From Syntrophales bacterium (lineage in GTDB: Bacteria; Desulfobacterota; Syntrophia; Syntrophales; PHBD01): DNA of 64,000 bases. Under the pieces are notes generated by a model. That model saw only the letters and a program-made list of their open reading frames with translations, did no database searches and had not been told where the DNA came from. The translations under genes were made by a program, and so were the position numbers. Below are positions 8,439-18,045 of the stretch, piece after piece. The DNA is taken from contig OY764159.1 of assembly GCA_963668175.1 (NCBI GenBank), positions 3,680,001 through 3,744,000 of the forward strand, given 5' to 3'. Position 1 is the stretch's first letter. The number at the start of each line of letters is the position of its first letter.

Positions 8439-11177
8439 CTATTCCGGACGATCCAGTTCTTTTCTGATCTCCGCTCCAATCTTCTCCAGCATATACGGCT
8501 TTCGGACAAAGGCGCCGGCCCCCAGCGCCTGAACCTTTCTGACGCGGTCCGTTTCGGAGAAACCGCTCACGATGACGGCTTTCTGCCGGGGACGAATGGA
8601 CAGGATCGCCTCGTAAGTATCCAATCCATCCATGCCCGGGTCCATGATCATATCCAGAACGACGAGGTCGACCTGATGTTCCTGCAAAAAGGAGACCGCT
8701 TCCTCTCCGCTGGCTACGGCCGTCGCCCGGTAGCCCAACCGCTCCAGCATGCTCAGCGCCACTTCTCTCTGTGCCGCCACATCGTCCACAACCAGAATCC
8801 GCTCCCCTTTGCCCATACATGAAACGAGAGGCGCCGTATCCTGATCCTTCGTCTTCTCTTCCCGGGTAACGGGAAAATAGAGCGTAAAGGTGCTGCCCTT
8901 TCCTTCTTCGCTCTGAATGTCGATGTATCCGTTATGGTCCTTCACGGTCCCCCAGACGACGGAAAGTCCCAGACCGGTGCCGCTTCTCCCCATGACCTTT
9001 TTCGTATAAAAAGGCTCAAATATCTTCCCGAGGTCCTGGCTCGGGATGCCGCTGCCCGTGTCGGACACCTTCAGGACCGCGTAGTCCCCTTCCTTCAATT
9101 CGTCATAACCGCCGACAGGCTGATCCAGGTAGCAGTTCATCGTTTGGATCGTAACCTCGCCTTCGTCCGAGATGGCCTCGGCGGCGTTGGACACGAGGTT
9201 CATCAGGGCCTTGCCGAGGTGCACGGAAGAACCTTTGATGTTCATGAGACCTTCACCCAAATCGGTCCATATTTTCACCCCCGGGTGATAGGATTTCATT
9301 TTTTCGAACTCGGGCGATTTGAGATAATCAAAAATGACCCTGTTCAGGTCGAGGACCTCCGATATCGTCACGCCTCTTCTGGCCAGGGTCAGGAGATCCT
9401 GGATGATGGCTGCTCCGCGAATACTGGACTGGAGAATGCTGTCGGCATACCTTCTCAGCGGACTGTCTTGCGGAAGTTTCTCCTTGAGTAATTCCGCATA
9501 GCCGACAAGGACGCCCAGTATGTTATTGAGATCGTGGGCCACGCCCCCGGCCATTCTTCCCAGACCCTCCATTTTTTCGGCACGATTCAGACGTTCTTCG
9601 AGCTTTCTGCGGGCCGTGTCGTCCCGGATACATTCGATCGCGGCAATGATCTCGCCTTTTGTATCGCGCAGGACCGTGGCCGTGGAGGAAAGGTGGACAT
9701 CTCCGGGCGGCAGGGCCGCGGCGAAAGACTCCCCTAATAGGACATCCCCGACCCGCTGGATAACCGTGTATTGTTTTTCTCTTTCCCTGTTCGGAAGAAG
9801 GGCAAGATCGATCAGGATAGGCCTTCGCTCTCCGTATAACGGCAACGCGTATTCATAGTTCCCCTTGCCGATCATGTCGGCCGCCTTGATCCCCGTCAAG
9901 GATTCAATCGCACGATTCCAGGCTATCACCGTGCTTTCCCTGTCGATAACCAGGGTGGCGTCCGGCAGGAATTCGATGATCTGCATCAGCCGCTGCCGCG
10001 AATCCCTCAGCTCGTCTTCCGCTCTCCTGCGTTCCTCGATGTCCGTGGCCAGGGAATGGGCCATCTCGTCAAAGGACTTCGCCAGGAGGCCCAGTTCACC
10101 TTCATCATAAGGAACGCCCGTTCTGACGTCCAGTTCTCCCTTCCCGAAACGCTGCGCCGCCGACACCAGGCTTTTGATCTTCGCAGCAATTGCCACATTA
10201 CCGAAATACAACGCCAACAAGAGAGAGGCAATCATGGCCGCAAGAAGCAGGGCAAGGCTCTTCATCAGCGATCGGTTGGCGCTGGCGAGGGCTTGATCCA
10301 CAGAGACGCCGGCCAGGACCGTCATATACGGCGGCTCATTATCCTTTAACCGGAGTTGGCGGAATGCATAGAGCCGGCGCGTACCGTCGGAACCCGCCGT
10401 CACATAGTTGCCCTCCAATACTTTTCCCACGGCGGCTTTGAGAGACTCACCCGCCGTCGGAGTGCCGACGCCCGTTACCTTGCTTTCCGTATCGGGATAC
10501 CGGAAAAGCCTGATTCCCTTGTGATCGGTTATCCCGATGACGAAGCCTTCTTTGATCAATTCCGTGGGCAATGCACTCGCATACTGGTCAAGCATAAAGC
10601 CTATGACCAAAACGGCAGTTACCCGGCTTTTCCTGTCGAGAACGGGGTAGCTGAAGTGTATAGATGGAATTTTCGCCGTCCTTCCAATCACGTATTCGCC
10701 GACGGAGAAATCCTTCGTTCTTAAGGTGTCCAGAAAGTATTTCCGGTCATGAATTCTGTCGGGGTTAAAAGGAAGCGAACAAGCATAAGGAGATCCGTCA
10801 GGCAGGGCGAGAAGTACAATTGAATAGAAGTCGTTCTGCTGATGGATCCTCTTTAAGATAGCTGCACTCGACTCGCGATCCAGTCGTTGGATCTCCGGCA
10901 TCTGGGCCAGGGATCGAAGGGTCTGACGGATACCGTTGGTGATTTCGCTCTGCTGCGCAGCAATACTCCGCGTCAGAGCCAGGACCCGCTCTTCGGCGAT
11001 CTTGATATCGTCATTGCGCCGTTCGTAACCCGAATAGAGCATGATGCCCAACGCAGGAAGCATGACGAGCAGATAGAGGCCGATCAGGCGACTCCGGATT
11101 GTTGTGAAATACTTGCGCACAGCGTCCACCCGTATAATAGGTCCGATTAACGCTAACACAGGTGACAAGATATTCAA
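8439..11177 (-). CDS. Hybrid sensor histidine kinase (Cache-HAMP-PAS-HisKA-HATPase-REC)
   Basis: TM-periplasmic Cache (DRKYF)-TM, HAMP, PAS, AHDLNN H-box, C-terminal receiver; exact start uncertain. Confidence 0.92.
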   Translation of the reverse strand: MNILSPVLALIGPIIRVDAVRKYFTTIRSRLIGLYLLVMLPALGIMLYSGYERRNDDIKIAEERVLALTRSIAAQQSEITNGIRQTLRSLAQMPEIQRLDRESSAAILKRIHQQNDFYSIVLLALPDGSPYACSLPFNPDRIHDRKYFLDTLRTKDFSVGEYVIGRTAKIPSIHFSYPVLDRKSRVTAVLVIGFMLDQYASALPTELIKEGFVIGITDHKGIRLFRYPDTESKVTGVGTPTAGESLKAAVGKVLEGNYVTAGSDGTRRLYAFRQLRLKDNEPPYMTVLAGVSVDQALASANRSLMKSLALLLAAMIASLLLALYFGNVAIAAKIKSLVSAAQRFGKGELDVRTGVPYDEGELGLLAKSFDEMAHSLATDIEERRRAEDELRDSRQRLMQIIEFLPDATLVIDRESTVIAWNRAIESLTGIKAADMIGKGNYEYALPLYGERRPILIDLALLPNREREKQYTVIQRVGDVLLGESFAAALPPGDVHLSSTATVLRDTKGEIIAAIECIRDDTARRKLEERLNRAEKMEGLGRMAGGVAHDLNNILGVLVGYAELLKEKLPQDSPLRRYADSILQSSIRGAAIIQDLLTLARRGVTISEVLDLNRVIFDYLKSPEFEKMKSYHPGVKIWTDLGEGLMNIKGSSVHLGKALMNLVSNAAEAISDEGEVTIQTMNCYLDQPVGGYDELKEGDYAVLKVSDTGSGIPSQDLGKIFEPFYTKKVMGRSGTGLGLSVVWGTVKDHNGYIDIQSEEGKGSTFTLYFPVTREEKTKDQDTAPLVSCMGKGERILVVDDVAAQREVALSMLERLGYRATAVASGEEAVSFLQEHQVDLVVLDMIMDPGMDGLDTYEAILSIRPRQKAVIVSGFSETDRVRKVQALGAGAFVRKPYMLEKIGAEIRKELDRPE

Positions 11178-11535
11178 AGCTCGAATCTTATCTTCTGCCT
11201 GGTGCGATAAGGATCAGCGGGGGGCACCCGATGGATTTATGAACGCTTTATCCATAGTTCAGACGGTTCTTTCCTTGCCGATTCGGCTTGAACCAAGCTG
11301 ACGCTAATTGACATTCCTTTCGTCATCGTGTATGCGGAACTGCATAACGCACCATGAAGAATGCTGTAACAGCGTTGTGTGCCGCGATGATCGGCACGGA
11401 AACTTCTATCAACGCGGCCTGCCGAATCGGCCGGGAACGATGCCGGATTTTTTTAACGGCGGACCGGCCGGCAAGACAGTCGTTGCTTAAACCCCATTGG
11501 GGATCGTACGCCATTATCGCCTGAGGGATGATCAA

Positions 11536-12051
11536 ATGAGTAAAGCTTATACGCGATACGTGATCCCGATGATCGTGATTCTTGTGGCAGCCCTGACGGC
11601 AGGCTGCAGCCGACATGCGCGGCCTGAATACAGCGGCCACCCGGTCATCTACTGCGGATGGCTGGATCTCAAAGAAGGCGACTATAAGAAAGTCGGTTAT
11701 CAATCGCGCGCGGAATGGAAAATCATCATCGAACGCATCAATGTCTATTTTCTTCAAAAGCACATAACGGATTACTGCGGTTCATTCAAGGTCATCGGGG
11801 CCGCCGGCAGGGCGGAAACGCCTCCGGCCAACGCCTATCATATCAAATTCAATGTAATCCGCCTCGACGAGGGGGCAACGACCATGACCGTCGAGGTTAA
11901 AATCATCGACAGCGACAGCAGGCGAACGCTCACAACGTTTACGGTCTCGCCGTCCGGTGTCCGGTCCATGGCCGGCGTAACCTTCATGGGCCGCATGTCC
12001 ATGATGTGCCAACAGATCGCCGAGGCTGTATCCGTCCGGCTTTACGAATAA
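11536..12051 (+). CDS. Hypothetical lipoprotein
   Basis: Lipobox LTAG-C after hydrophobic stretch. Confidence 0.7.
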   Translation: MSKAYTRYVIPMIVILVAALTAGCSRHARPEYSGHPVIYCGWLDLKEGDYKKVGYQSRAEWKIIIERINVYFLQKHITDYCGSFKVIGAAGRAETPPANAYHIKFNVIRLDEGATTMTVEVKIIDSDSRRTLTTFTVSPSGVRSMAGVTFMGRMSMMCQQIAEAVSVRLYE

Positions 12052-12251
12052 AACCGGATATACACATACAGAAAAGCTCCTTCCGCCACCTGCCGCCCCT
12101 TTCTAATCTTCATAATATGGCACGCGCCTTAATATCGGTGTTTTCTTTTTCTTAACCGGAAAAGTTATCGGACAAACACGGATACAGGCCCCGTCATTAT
12201 TCTGAAGAAACATCCATCGATATTCCCATATCAATTTCAGACGCCTCCCGA

Positions 12252-12280
12252 TTGTTAAAGGAAGGGACCTTCTTTACATT
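12252..12280 (+). promoter_or_regulatory. Possible sigma70 promoter for the tandem peptide genes
   Basis: TTGTTA-N17-TACATT, 37 nt upstream of peptide 1. Confidence 0.4.
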
Positions 12281-12317
12281 ATAGACGAAAAGAAAAAGAA
12301 AAAAAGATGCGAGGCGC

Positions 12318-12431
12318 ATGAAGGGAACGAAAAAGACACAAAAGAAAACGAAAGACGAGAAGCGCCGCCCCTGTAAAAAAGGTGGGATATGGATTGATCC
12401 CATGAGCTTCCCGAACTTGGATGGTTTATAA
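12318..12431 (+). CDS. Small Lys-rich peptide 1 (37 aa, MKGTKKTQKKTKDEKRRPCKKGGIWIDPMSFPNLDGL); not in ORF track
   Basis: Manual translation; GAGG close upstream; architecture shared with peptide 2. Confidence 0.55.
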   Translation: MKGTKKTQKKTKDEKRRPCKKGGIWIDPMSFPNLDGL

Positions 12432-12461
12432 GCGTAGTATGGCAGAAAAGGAGAAAAGAGC

Positions 12462-12572
12462 ATGAAGAAAACGACTCCCAAGAAGAGAGAGAAGAGCATC
12501 GAAAAGAAACAGATTAACAAAGGATGGAACGATCCGACCTGCACTCCGATGGACATCACCAAGGGGTTGTAA
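12462..12572 (+). CDS. Small Lys-rich peptide 2 (36 aa, MKKTTPKKREKSIEKKQINKGWNDPTCTPMDITKGL); not in ORF track
   Basis: AAGGAG RBS 8 nt upstream; followed by terminator; similar to peptide 1. Confidence 0.62.
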   Translation: MKKTTPKKREKSIEKKQINKGWNDPTCTPMDITKGL

Positions 12573-12601
12573 CAGGACGGCCTAATGTATTCCCAGGGGC
12601 T

Positions 12602-12659
12602 GGAGAGAGGCCGCCATATATAATTGTCGTCGCAATTGTGTGGCCTCTCTCCCTTTTTT
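12602..12659 (+). terminator. Intrinsic terminator after the peptide pair
   Basis: GGAGAGAGGCC/GGCCTCTCTCC stem with inner ATATAATTG/CAATTGTGT pairing, then T6. Confidence 0.7.
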
Positions 12660-12710
12660 AAGCCTCTGTTTGGGCAGGGCCTATCGGGTGCTGTCCGGAA
12701 GGTAAATAAA

Positions 12711-12893
12711 ATGAGAGACAAATTTGATGAATTCCTGGAAAGGCTGGAAGGGCCTCTCCCCGAACCGAAAACGAAGCAGCTGATGGAAACGATCATCGGT
12801 GTCCAGACAGCCTGTTCTGGGTTAGCCTATTGCTGTGCCGATTTTACCGCTCATCTCTTAAGCTCGTCCTCACCCTGTTTCGGCCGTCGATAA
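12711..12893 (+). CDS. Hypothetical small protein (60 aa, Cys-containing)
   Basis: GGAAGGT upstream of ATG (MRDKFDEFLERLEG...); no recognised family. Confidence 0.3.
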   Translation: MRDKFDEFLERLEGPLPEPKTKQLMETIIGVQTACSGLAYCCADFTAHLLSSSSPCFGRR

Positions 12894-13143
12894 GCAGGCC
12901 GTTTGCACAGAGAATCATTTCCCGTTTATCGATAGATCGTTTTTACCCGCCGTGAAATCGGGTATCAGGGAAAGTTGCGTCATGCAAGTACGATTCGTCC
13001 CGCAGCAATCGTCTGTTTATAAACATCTTGTCCACAGCATTGTCAACAAGGAACAAGAAAAGACAGCAATCTTGACGGGATGAATAATGCTTGCCGGAAT
13101 ATAAGGCTGGTATGACTTTCCCGCCTATGTCGGCATATCCGTT

Positions 13144-14214
13144 TCATCGGTTATAGTTCCCATTCAAAAGCGTTATAACCGTCCTGTCGATAAGTATCTG
13201 CAATCCGGAAGTCTTTCCTGGTATGACCACACCGCTGCCTTGAAAAGCACTCTTCGCTTCTCTGTCCCGTAATCTGATAACGATATTGCGGATGAGAATA
13301 TCGGAACCCGGTTCGGCCAATTTGCGCCAGCTTTTTGTCATGTTCCTGGCGAAACTGCCGGAATAAGAAAATTCAACGCGATTTAGAGCCAGACTCTGTT
13401 TATACAAGTCAAACTCACTCTCCTCTTTAAGGACCTCCCAGAAAGTCTTGCCTCCGGCATAAAGAGTGGAAAGCGTTAAGTTGGCGAGAAATGAGGCCCC
13501 CTGAACGATAGACATCGCAGTCTGGCCGCCGATTTCAGCCGCCTTGGAAATGCCCTGATCCTTCTTCTGTTCCTGCATTCGGGCCGGATTCACTTCCAGG
13601 ATTATGGCGATCTCAAGTTCCTGATTGTTGTTTTTGATGTATTTGCTGTAGTTTGAGGCAATCTCCTGCAAAATCGGCACATCCCGGCGCAGAGTATCGA
13701 CGAGAGACTCGATTTCATAGCCGGGTGGAAGCGTCAGATCACCCCGATCACGCTGAGTCTTAACGGCCATGTAAATGTTGGGCTGATCCCTCTCGACGCG
13801 GATGTCGACATGATAGAATAAATAATTTCGCAGGACAACCGTATTGTCGGCGTAAACCGACAAATCCACCAATATTTCTATACCCTTGCAATGCCGATAA
13901 TTGGTTTCAAGATTACAGAGGGGGGAGCCGGAACCGACGGGACGATAAAGCTGCGGATAGGCCTTGCGGAGAAGCTTTTCCAGTTCGACGAGGTTGAAAT
14001 CCTTTAACTCCGGATCCTTCGTCTTCTCCCGGGACAAATATTCGGCAAGTGTTCCTTGCCCGGAGGGGAGAAATTTCAGGTGATAGCTCCCGGGGTTCGA
14101 CAAGGCCGTATCCCGGTACACTTTGGCGACAGGCGTCCTCCCCTTGGTCGCACATGCGGCCATCAAGGCAGACAGAATAAGGAAAAGCAGAAGTCGCCCC
14201 AGCACTCTGACCAT
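13144..14214 (-). CDS. Hypothetical lipoprotein
   Basis: Long ORF, lipobox MAA-C; start uncertain (14214 or 14256). Confidence 0.7.
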   Translation of the reverse strand: MVRVLGRLLLFLILSALMAACATKGRTPVAKVYRDTALSNPGSYHLKFLPSGQGTLAEYLSREKTKDPELKDFNLVELEKLLRKAYPQLYRPVGSGSPLCNLETNYRHCKGIEILVDLSVYADNTVVLRNYLFYHVDIRVERDQPNIYMAVKTQRDRGDLTLPPGYEIESLVDTLRRDVPILQEIASNYSKYIKNNNQELEIAIILEVNPARMQEQKKDQGISKAAEIGGQTAMSIVQGASFLANLTLSTLYAGGKTFWEVLKEESEFDLYKQSLALNRVEFSYSGSFARNMTKSWRKLAEPGSDILIRNIVIRLRDREAKSAFQGSGVVIPGKTSGLQILIDRTVITLLNGNYNR

Positions 14215-14402
14215 GACTGTACGGTCTAACCAACCATTATCATTAATGAACAACAATAACAGAGTAACAGTATTTACCCGACGATCCCCTCTTCAAGGAA
14301 CAGTCAGAAGAGCTCGGGGATGCGACAGGCCGCCGCCGCGTTAATAACGAATGGTCACGAAACGAAAAGAAGCTTAATTATAATATAAGGTTTTAAAAAA
14401 AT

Positions 14403-15050
14403 TTAGGGATTCTTCCCCTGTCCCTGCCGGATCAGTTTGCCGTCGCGCAGGCTTTTTACCACTTCAGCGGACAATGATGCAGCGAGACGTCCGCTCATGA
14501 TGTATTCCTTGCCGGGGGAACCCCGCTTGATCGTCTCGGCATGAAGTCTCCAGATGAGTTTCCCCGATGCCGTATCGTACAGGCTGCATTCCGCGACAAC
14601 ATCTTCGACTTCAAACGAATATGCAAGCAGCGGAGCCTGCTGCATCGACTCCATGTAGAGCTCGGCCGGAACATCCGGGGTCGGCGCAAAGCGCTCCCAG
14701 TCTTCCTTCTCCTTCACGCTTATCAAGCGGATGGTCAGTACGGCGTCGCTTTTCAATCGTATCGCCTCTGTGCGTCCCTTCTCAGCGGTGAAAGTGCTGC
14801 CCGGAGATACGGCACTGAACGATACGGATTGCACGCCGTACTCCCGAAACCTGGAGACGAAACTGTCTTCCAACTGCCGTGTATCGAAGGGATAATTCAC
14901 ACCTGCGACCAGAATGTTTCCTGCATACCGCCCCTCAAACGTGCTGTTTCTCCATGTATCGATCGTCTTCGTAGCGCTGCACGATGAAAAGAGAAGAAGA
15001 CTTGTGACGGCAATAAGGGCGGTCTTCCTGATCCATACGTTCATATCCAT
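14403..15050 (-). CDS. Hypothetical lipoprotein
   Basis: Lipobox FSS-C; C-terminal LYDTASGKLIW motif common in periplasmic lipoproteins. Confidence 0.7.
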   Translation of the reverse strand: MDMNVWIRKTALIAVTSLLLFSSCSATKTIDTWRNSTFEGRYAGNILVAGVNYPFDTRQLEDSFVSRFREYGVQSVSFSAVSPGSTFTAEKGRTEAIRLKSDAVLTIRLISVKEKEDWERFAPTPDVPAELYMESMQQAPLLAYSFEVEDVVAECSLYDTASGKLIWRLHAETIKRGSPGKEYIMSGRLAASLSAEVVKSLRDGKLIRQGQGKNP

Positions 15051-15334
15051 CCTTCTTTCTTGACGAGTTCTAAAACCATGCCGCGGACGATCCGGTTGCG
15101 TCCCCTTTTTGAACATCTGTGACGACGAACCTGATGACGCGGCCGAGGAAGTCAACGTTGCCTTTACGATATCCAGGTTATAAGAGCCTCCGTTTCCTAT
15201 TTATAACACAGTTATCTACAGAATTCAGCTACTCAAATCATTCTGTGTACGGATATTGAGACGAAGAAGGGGCAACGCGTCTGCCCGTCGAAGGCCGACA
15301 TCCTTCATCAACCGCACACAGACAGATCATCGGA

Positions 15335-16327
15335 CTAAAGATCCGTATTTCGCGGGGTGTCGCGCAGGGCAGCAATGAGAAGAGGAATAAAGGTCGCCAA
15401 ATCCGCAACCACCCCGATGTCGGCGTGACGGAATATGGACGCCTGTTCATCTTTGTTAACGGCCACAACGGTTTTCGCTCCGGTGATACCAGCCAGGTGC
15501 TGGATCGATCCGGAGATCCCACAGGCTATATAAAGCTGAGGGCTAACGGACTTTCCCGTCAGGCCGATTTGCGACCGGTATTCAAGCCATCCTCGGTCAC
15601 AGACCGCCCGGGACCCGCCCACGGCCCCGCGGCGGAACAATCCTGCCAAATCCCTGATGAGGGTCATATTCTCCTGACTTCCCACTCCCAGGCCTGCACC
15701 GACGACGACCTCTGCATCGTCTAGTTCACGGTTTCCGGCGGGCGATTTTACGATAAAACAGGACTTCGTTTCCGAAAGCGTTATTTCCACTTCATGGTGA
15801 GAAACCTCACCCGGGAAAGCTTTAGGCCGCCTTTCTCCAGCGAAGGCGCCGGGCACGATGGTAATGACGCCCGATTGTGTGTTTGAGACTATACGCTCTT
15901 CCATCTTCCCCCATGCGCAAAGACGCCTAAAGACGGGCCTGTCGCCGGTTCGGTCGATGCCGTGAACAGCGGTGATACAAGAGACACGAAGGCCGACGGC
16001 CAATCCCGGAGCAAAATCGCACCCCCGGGCCGTATGGGGGATCACGACCCATCCGGGCCCGATGTCCATAAGATATCTGCCCAAGGCCTTCCGGTAGCCT
16101 TCCGCCGTATAAGGGTCGAGAGCATCCGCCTCCAGGGTCACGACATGGAGTCCCGTCTCTCCGGCTAAACGATCCGCCAATCCGGAAACCTCCCTGCCCA
16201 GAACGACCATTTCGATTGCCGACGCATCGTTACCGGCGAGTATGCGGGCGGAGCAAACCGCTTCATAGGTGACGTCGGCCATGCCGTTTTCGTCATATTC
16301 GGCAATGACGCGGATGTTCGTTTTCAT
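15335..16327 (-). CDS. etfA: Electron transfer flavoprotein alpha subunit
   Basis: GGSRAVCD.GW, QIGLTGKSVSPQLYIACGISGSIQHLAG, VAVNKD. Confidence 0.95.
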   Translation of the reverse strand: MKTNIRVIAEYDENGMADVTYEAVCSARILAGNDASAIEMVVLGREVSGLADRLAGETGLHVVTLEADALDPYTAEGYRKALGRYLMDIGPGWVVIPHTARGCDFAPGLAVGLRVSCITAVHGIDRTGDRPVFRRLCAWGKMEERIVSNTQSGVITIVPGAFAGERRPKAFPGEVSHHEVEITLSETKSCFIVKSPAGNRELDDAEVVVGAGLGVGSQENMTLIRDLAGLFRRGAVGGSRAVCDRGWLEYRSQIGLTGKSVSPQLYIACGISGSIQHLAGITGAKTVVAVNKDEQASIFRHADIGVVADLATFIPLLIAALRDTPRNTDL

Positions 16328-16422
16328 GAGTATGCCTTATCGATTCACAATCCGGCCTTATTTTCTCTCCTCCGGGAATAGCCCTCCGACAGCGGACACA
16401 TCCGGCACAATGATGCCGACAG

Positions 16423-17190
16423 TTAAACAACCCCCAGAGTTCGGATGTATCCTGCAAGTTTCTCGGCCTTTTCCGCTTCGGTTCCTGTCATCAAGTGGCC
16501 AGCCCGGGAAGAGGACGGCACGCCGAAGCCGAGAATGACTGTATCTGTCTCCCGAATCGCGGTATCCCGAATCAGCAGGATCAGGTCCTGGGTCCGGGCC
16601 CGCAGGACATGGGAAAGCGACGGATAACGCGGTTTATTGATTCCGGCCTGAACGCTGACAACGGCGGGCAAAGTCAGGACCGCGACCTCCCTCGTTGCGG
16701 CATCGATCTGCCGCTCCGCCCGGATGGTCCCGGATTGAAGATCGATCGTCAGGGAAACGGCGGCAGTTGCACATGAATAGCCGAGCCGTGCGGCGATCAT
16801 GGGTCCTGTGGCACCGTTCATATCGTCTTCGGACATCGCGCCGCACAAGACAAGGTCGTAACGTTCCTTTTCGGCATGCGAGGCGATGAGGCCGGCAACG
16901 CGGCAGGGACGGCCCATGTCTTCGTCCTCCGTCAGAAAATGGATGCCCCGGCCGGCACCCATTTCCAGGGAACGACGGATCGTCGTTTGCACCCGGGGCG
17001 GTCCCACGGATACGGCATCGACGAAAGCGCCGGGGTGTTCTTCCCCGATGACGAGGGCCTCCTCCAGGGCGAAAGCATCGAAACGATTCATCCGCCAGGA
17101 CGGATGATGGCCGTAATCGATGCGGTTGCCGTCAGTAGTAACAAGTCCCTGGGGGTCGGCCACCTGCTTGACGCAAACCAGTATCTTCAT
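16423..17190 (-). CDS. etfB: Electron transfer flavoprotein beta subunit
   Basis: MKILVCVKQV, NRFDAFALEEAL, DLVLCG, INKPRYPSL. Confidence 0.95.
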   Translation of the reverse strand: MKILVCVKQVADPQGLVTTDGNRIDYGHHPSWRMNRFDAFALEEALVIGEEHPGAFVDAVSVGPPRVQTTIRRSLEMGAGRGIHFLTEDEDMGRPCRVAGLIASHAEKERYDLVLCGAMSEDDMNGATGPMIAARLGYSCATAAVSLTIDLQSGTIRAERQIDAATREVAVLTLPAVVSVQAGINKPRYPSLSHVLRARTQDLILLIRDTAIRETDTVILGFGVPSSSRAGHLMTGTEAEKAEKLAGYIRTLGVV

Positions 17191-17252
17191 AAATACTCTC
17201 CCGCCTTTCGTCATGCAATATAACCCAGACTAGAAAGAGATACAATAAATAA

Positions 17253-17266
17253 AACGAGCGCTCGTT
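17253..17266. promoter_or_regulatory. Perfect 14-bp palindrome, candidate TetR operator
   Basis: AACGAGCGCTCGTT in the divergent etfB/phosphatase intergenic region. Confidence 0.6.
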
Positions 17267-17323
17267 CTTTTTCTTGACTTCCCGTGATATGTCGCGTAAC
17301 GTCATAACATCGAGGATTAAAGC

Positions 17324-18031
17324 ATGAGCGAGATGTTTCTCGTCCGACACGGACAGGCATCATTCAGGCAGGAGAACTACGATGTCCTCTCCCCGGTCGG
17401 CATTGCACAAGCGAAGCACCTGGCTGCGCATTTCCTGACCATGGATATGCGCTTCGACACCCTCTATTCAGGCCCCCTCGAACGTCAGAAAGACACGGCG
17501 GGGCATTTTGCGGCCGAATACCGGAAACAGGCTATACCTGTCCCCGACGCGTCGATTATCGAAGGCCTTACCGAATACGACACAAGAACGGTCATCACCC
17601 GCTATCTGCCCGGAATCATCAAAAACGACCCTTCCCTGGCCCGCGATCAGAAAGAAATGTTCGCCGACTATGCCTCCTTCCGGAAGATATTTGAAAGATC
17701 CGTCATCGCCTGGGTAAACGACCCCGACTGCAAGGGCATAGAGAGCTGGCGGGACTTCTGTGCACGCATCGAAACCTCCCTGAAATACATCTTGACCGAA
17801 AACGGAAGCGGCAGGAGGATCGTCGTCTTCACCTCGGGCGGCGTCATCGCCGCCTCCATGAAGGTTGTCTTGGATATCGGCGACGAACAGGCCATGCGAC
17901 TGGGATGGGAAATCGTCAACACCTCCGTGACGAGATACAAATTCAGCGGCGGGAGCATCGGGCTCGTTTCCTTCAACTCGTCCGCCCACCTGGAATGCAG
18001 AGGAAACCGGGAATTCATCACTTATAAGTAG
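17324..18031 (+). CDS. Histidine phosphatase (phosphoglycerate mutase-like) family protein
   Basis: LVRHGQAS, SGPLERQKDTA, VFTSGG, FNSSAHL. Confidence 0.9.
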   Translation: MSEMFLVRHGQASFRQENYDVLSPVGIAQAKHLAAHFLTMDMRFDTLYSGPLERQKDTAGHFAAEYRKQAIPVPDASIIEGLTEYDTRTVITRYLPGIIKNDPSLARDQKEMFADYASFRKIFERSVIAWVNDPDCKGIESWRDFCARIETSLKYILTENGSGRRIVVFTSGGVIAASMKVVLDIGDEQAMRLGWEIVNTSVTRYKFSGGSIGLVSFNSSAHLECRGNREFITYK

Positions 18032-18045
18032 ACAAGGAGACCGAT

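Noticed and set aside
12118..12133. TGGCACGCGCCTTAAT sigma54-like site upstream of the peptide pair
   Set aside because: Good -24 element but no G at -12; not supportable
12197..12796. 199-aa hydrophobic minus-strand ORF
   Set aside because: Phe/Leu richness is the antisense shadow of the A-rich peptide genes; no RBS or family motif
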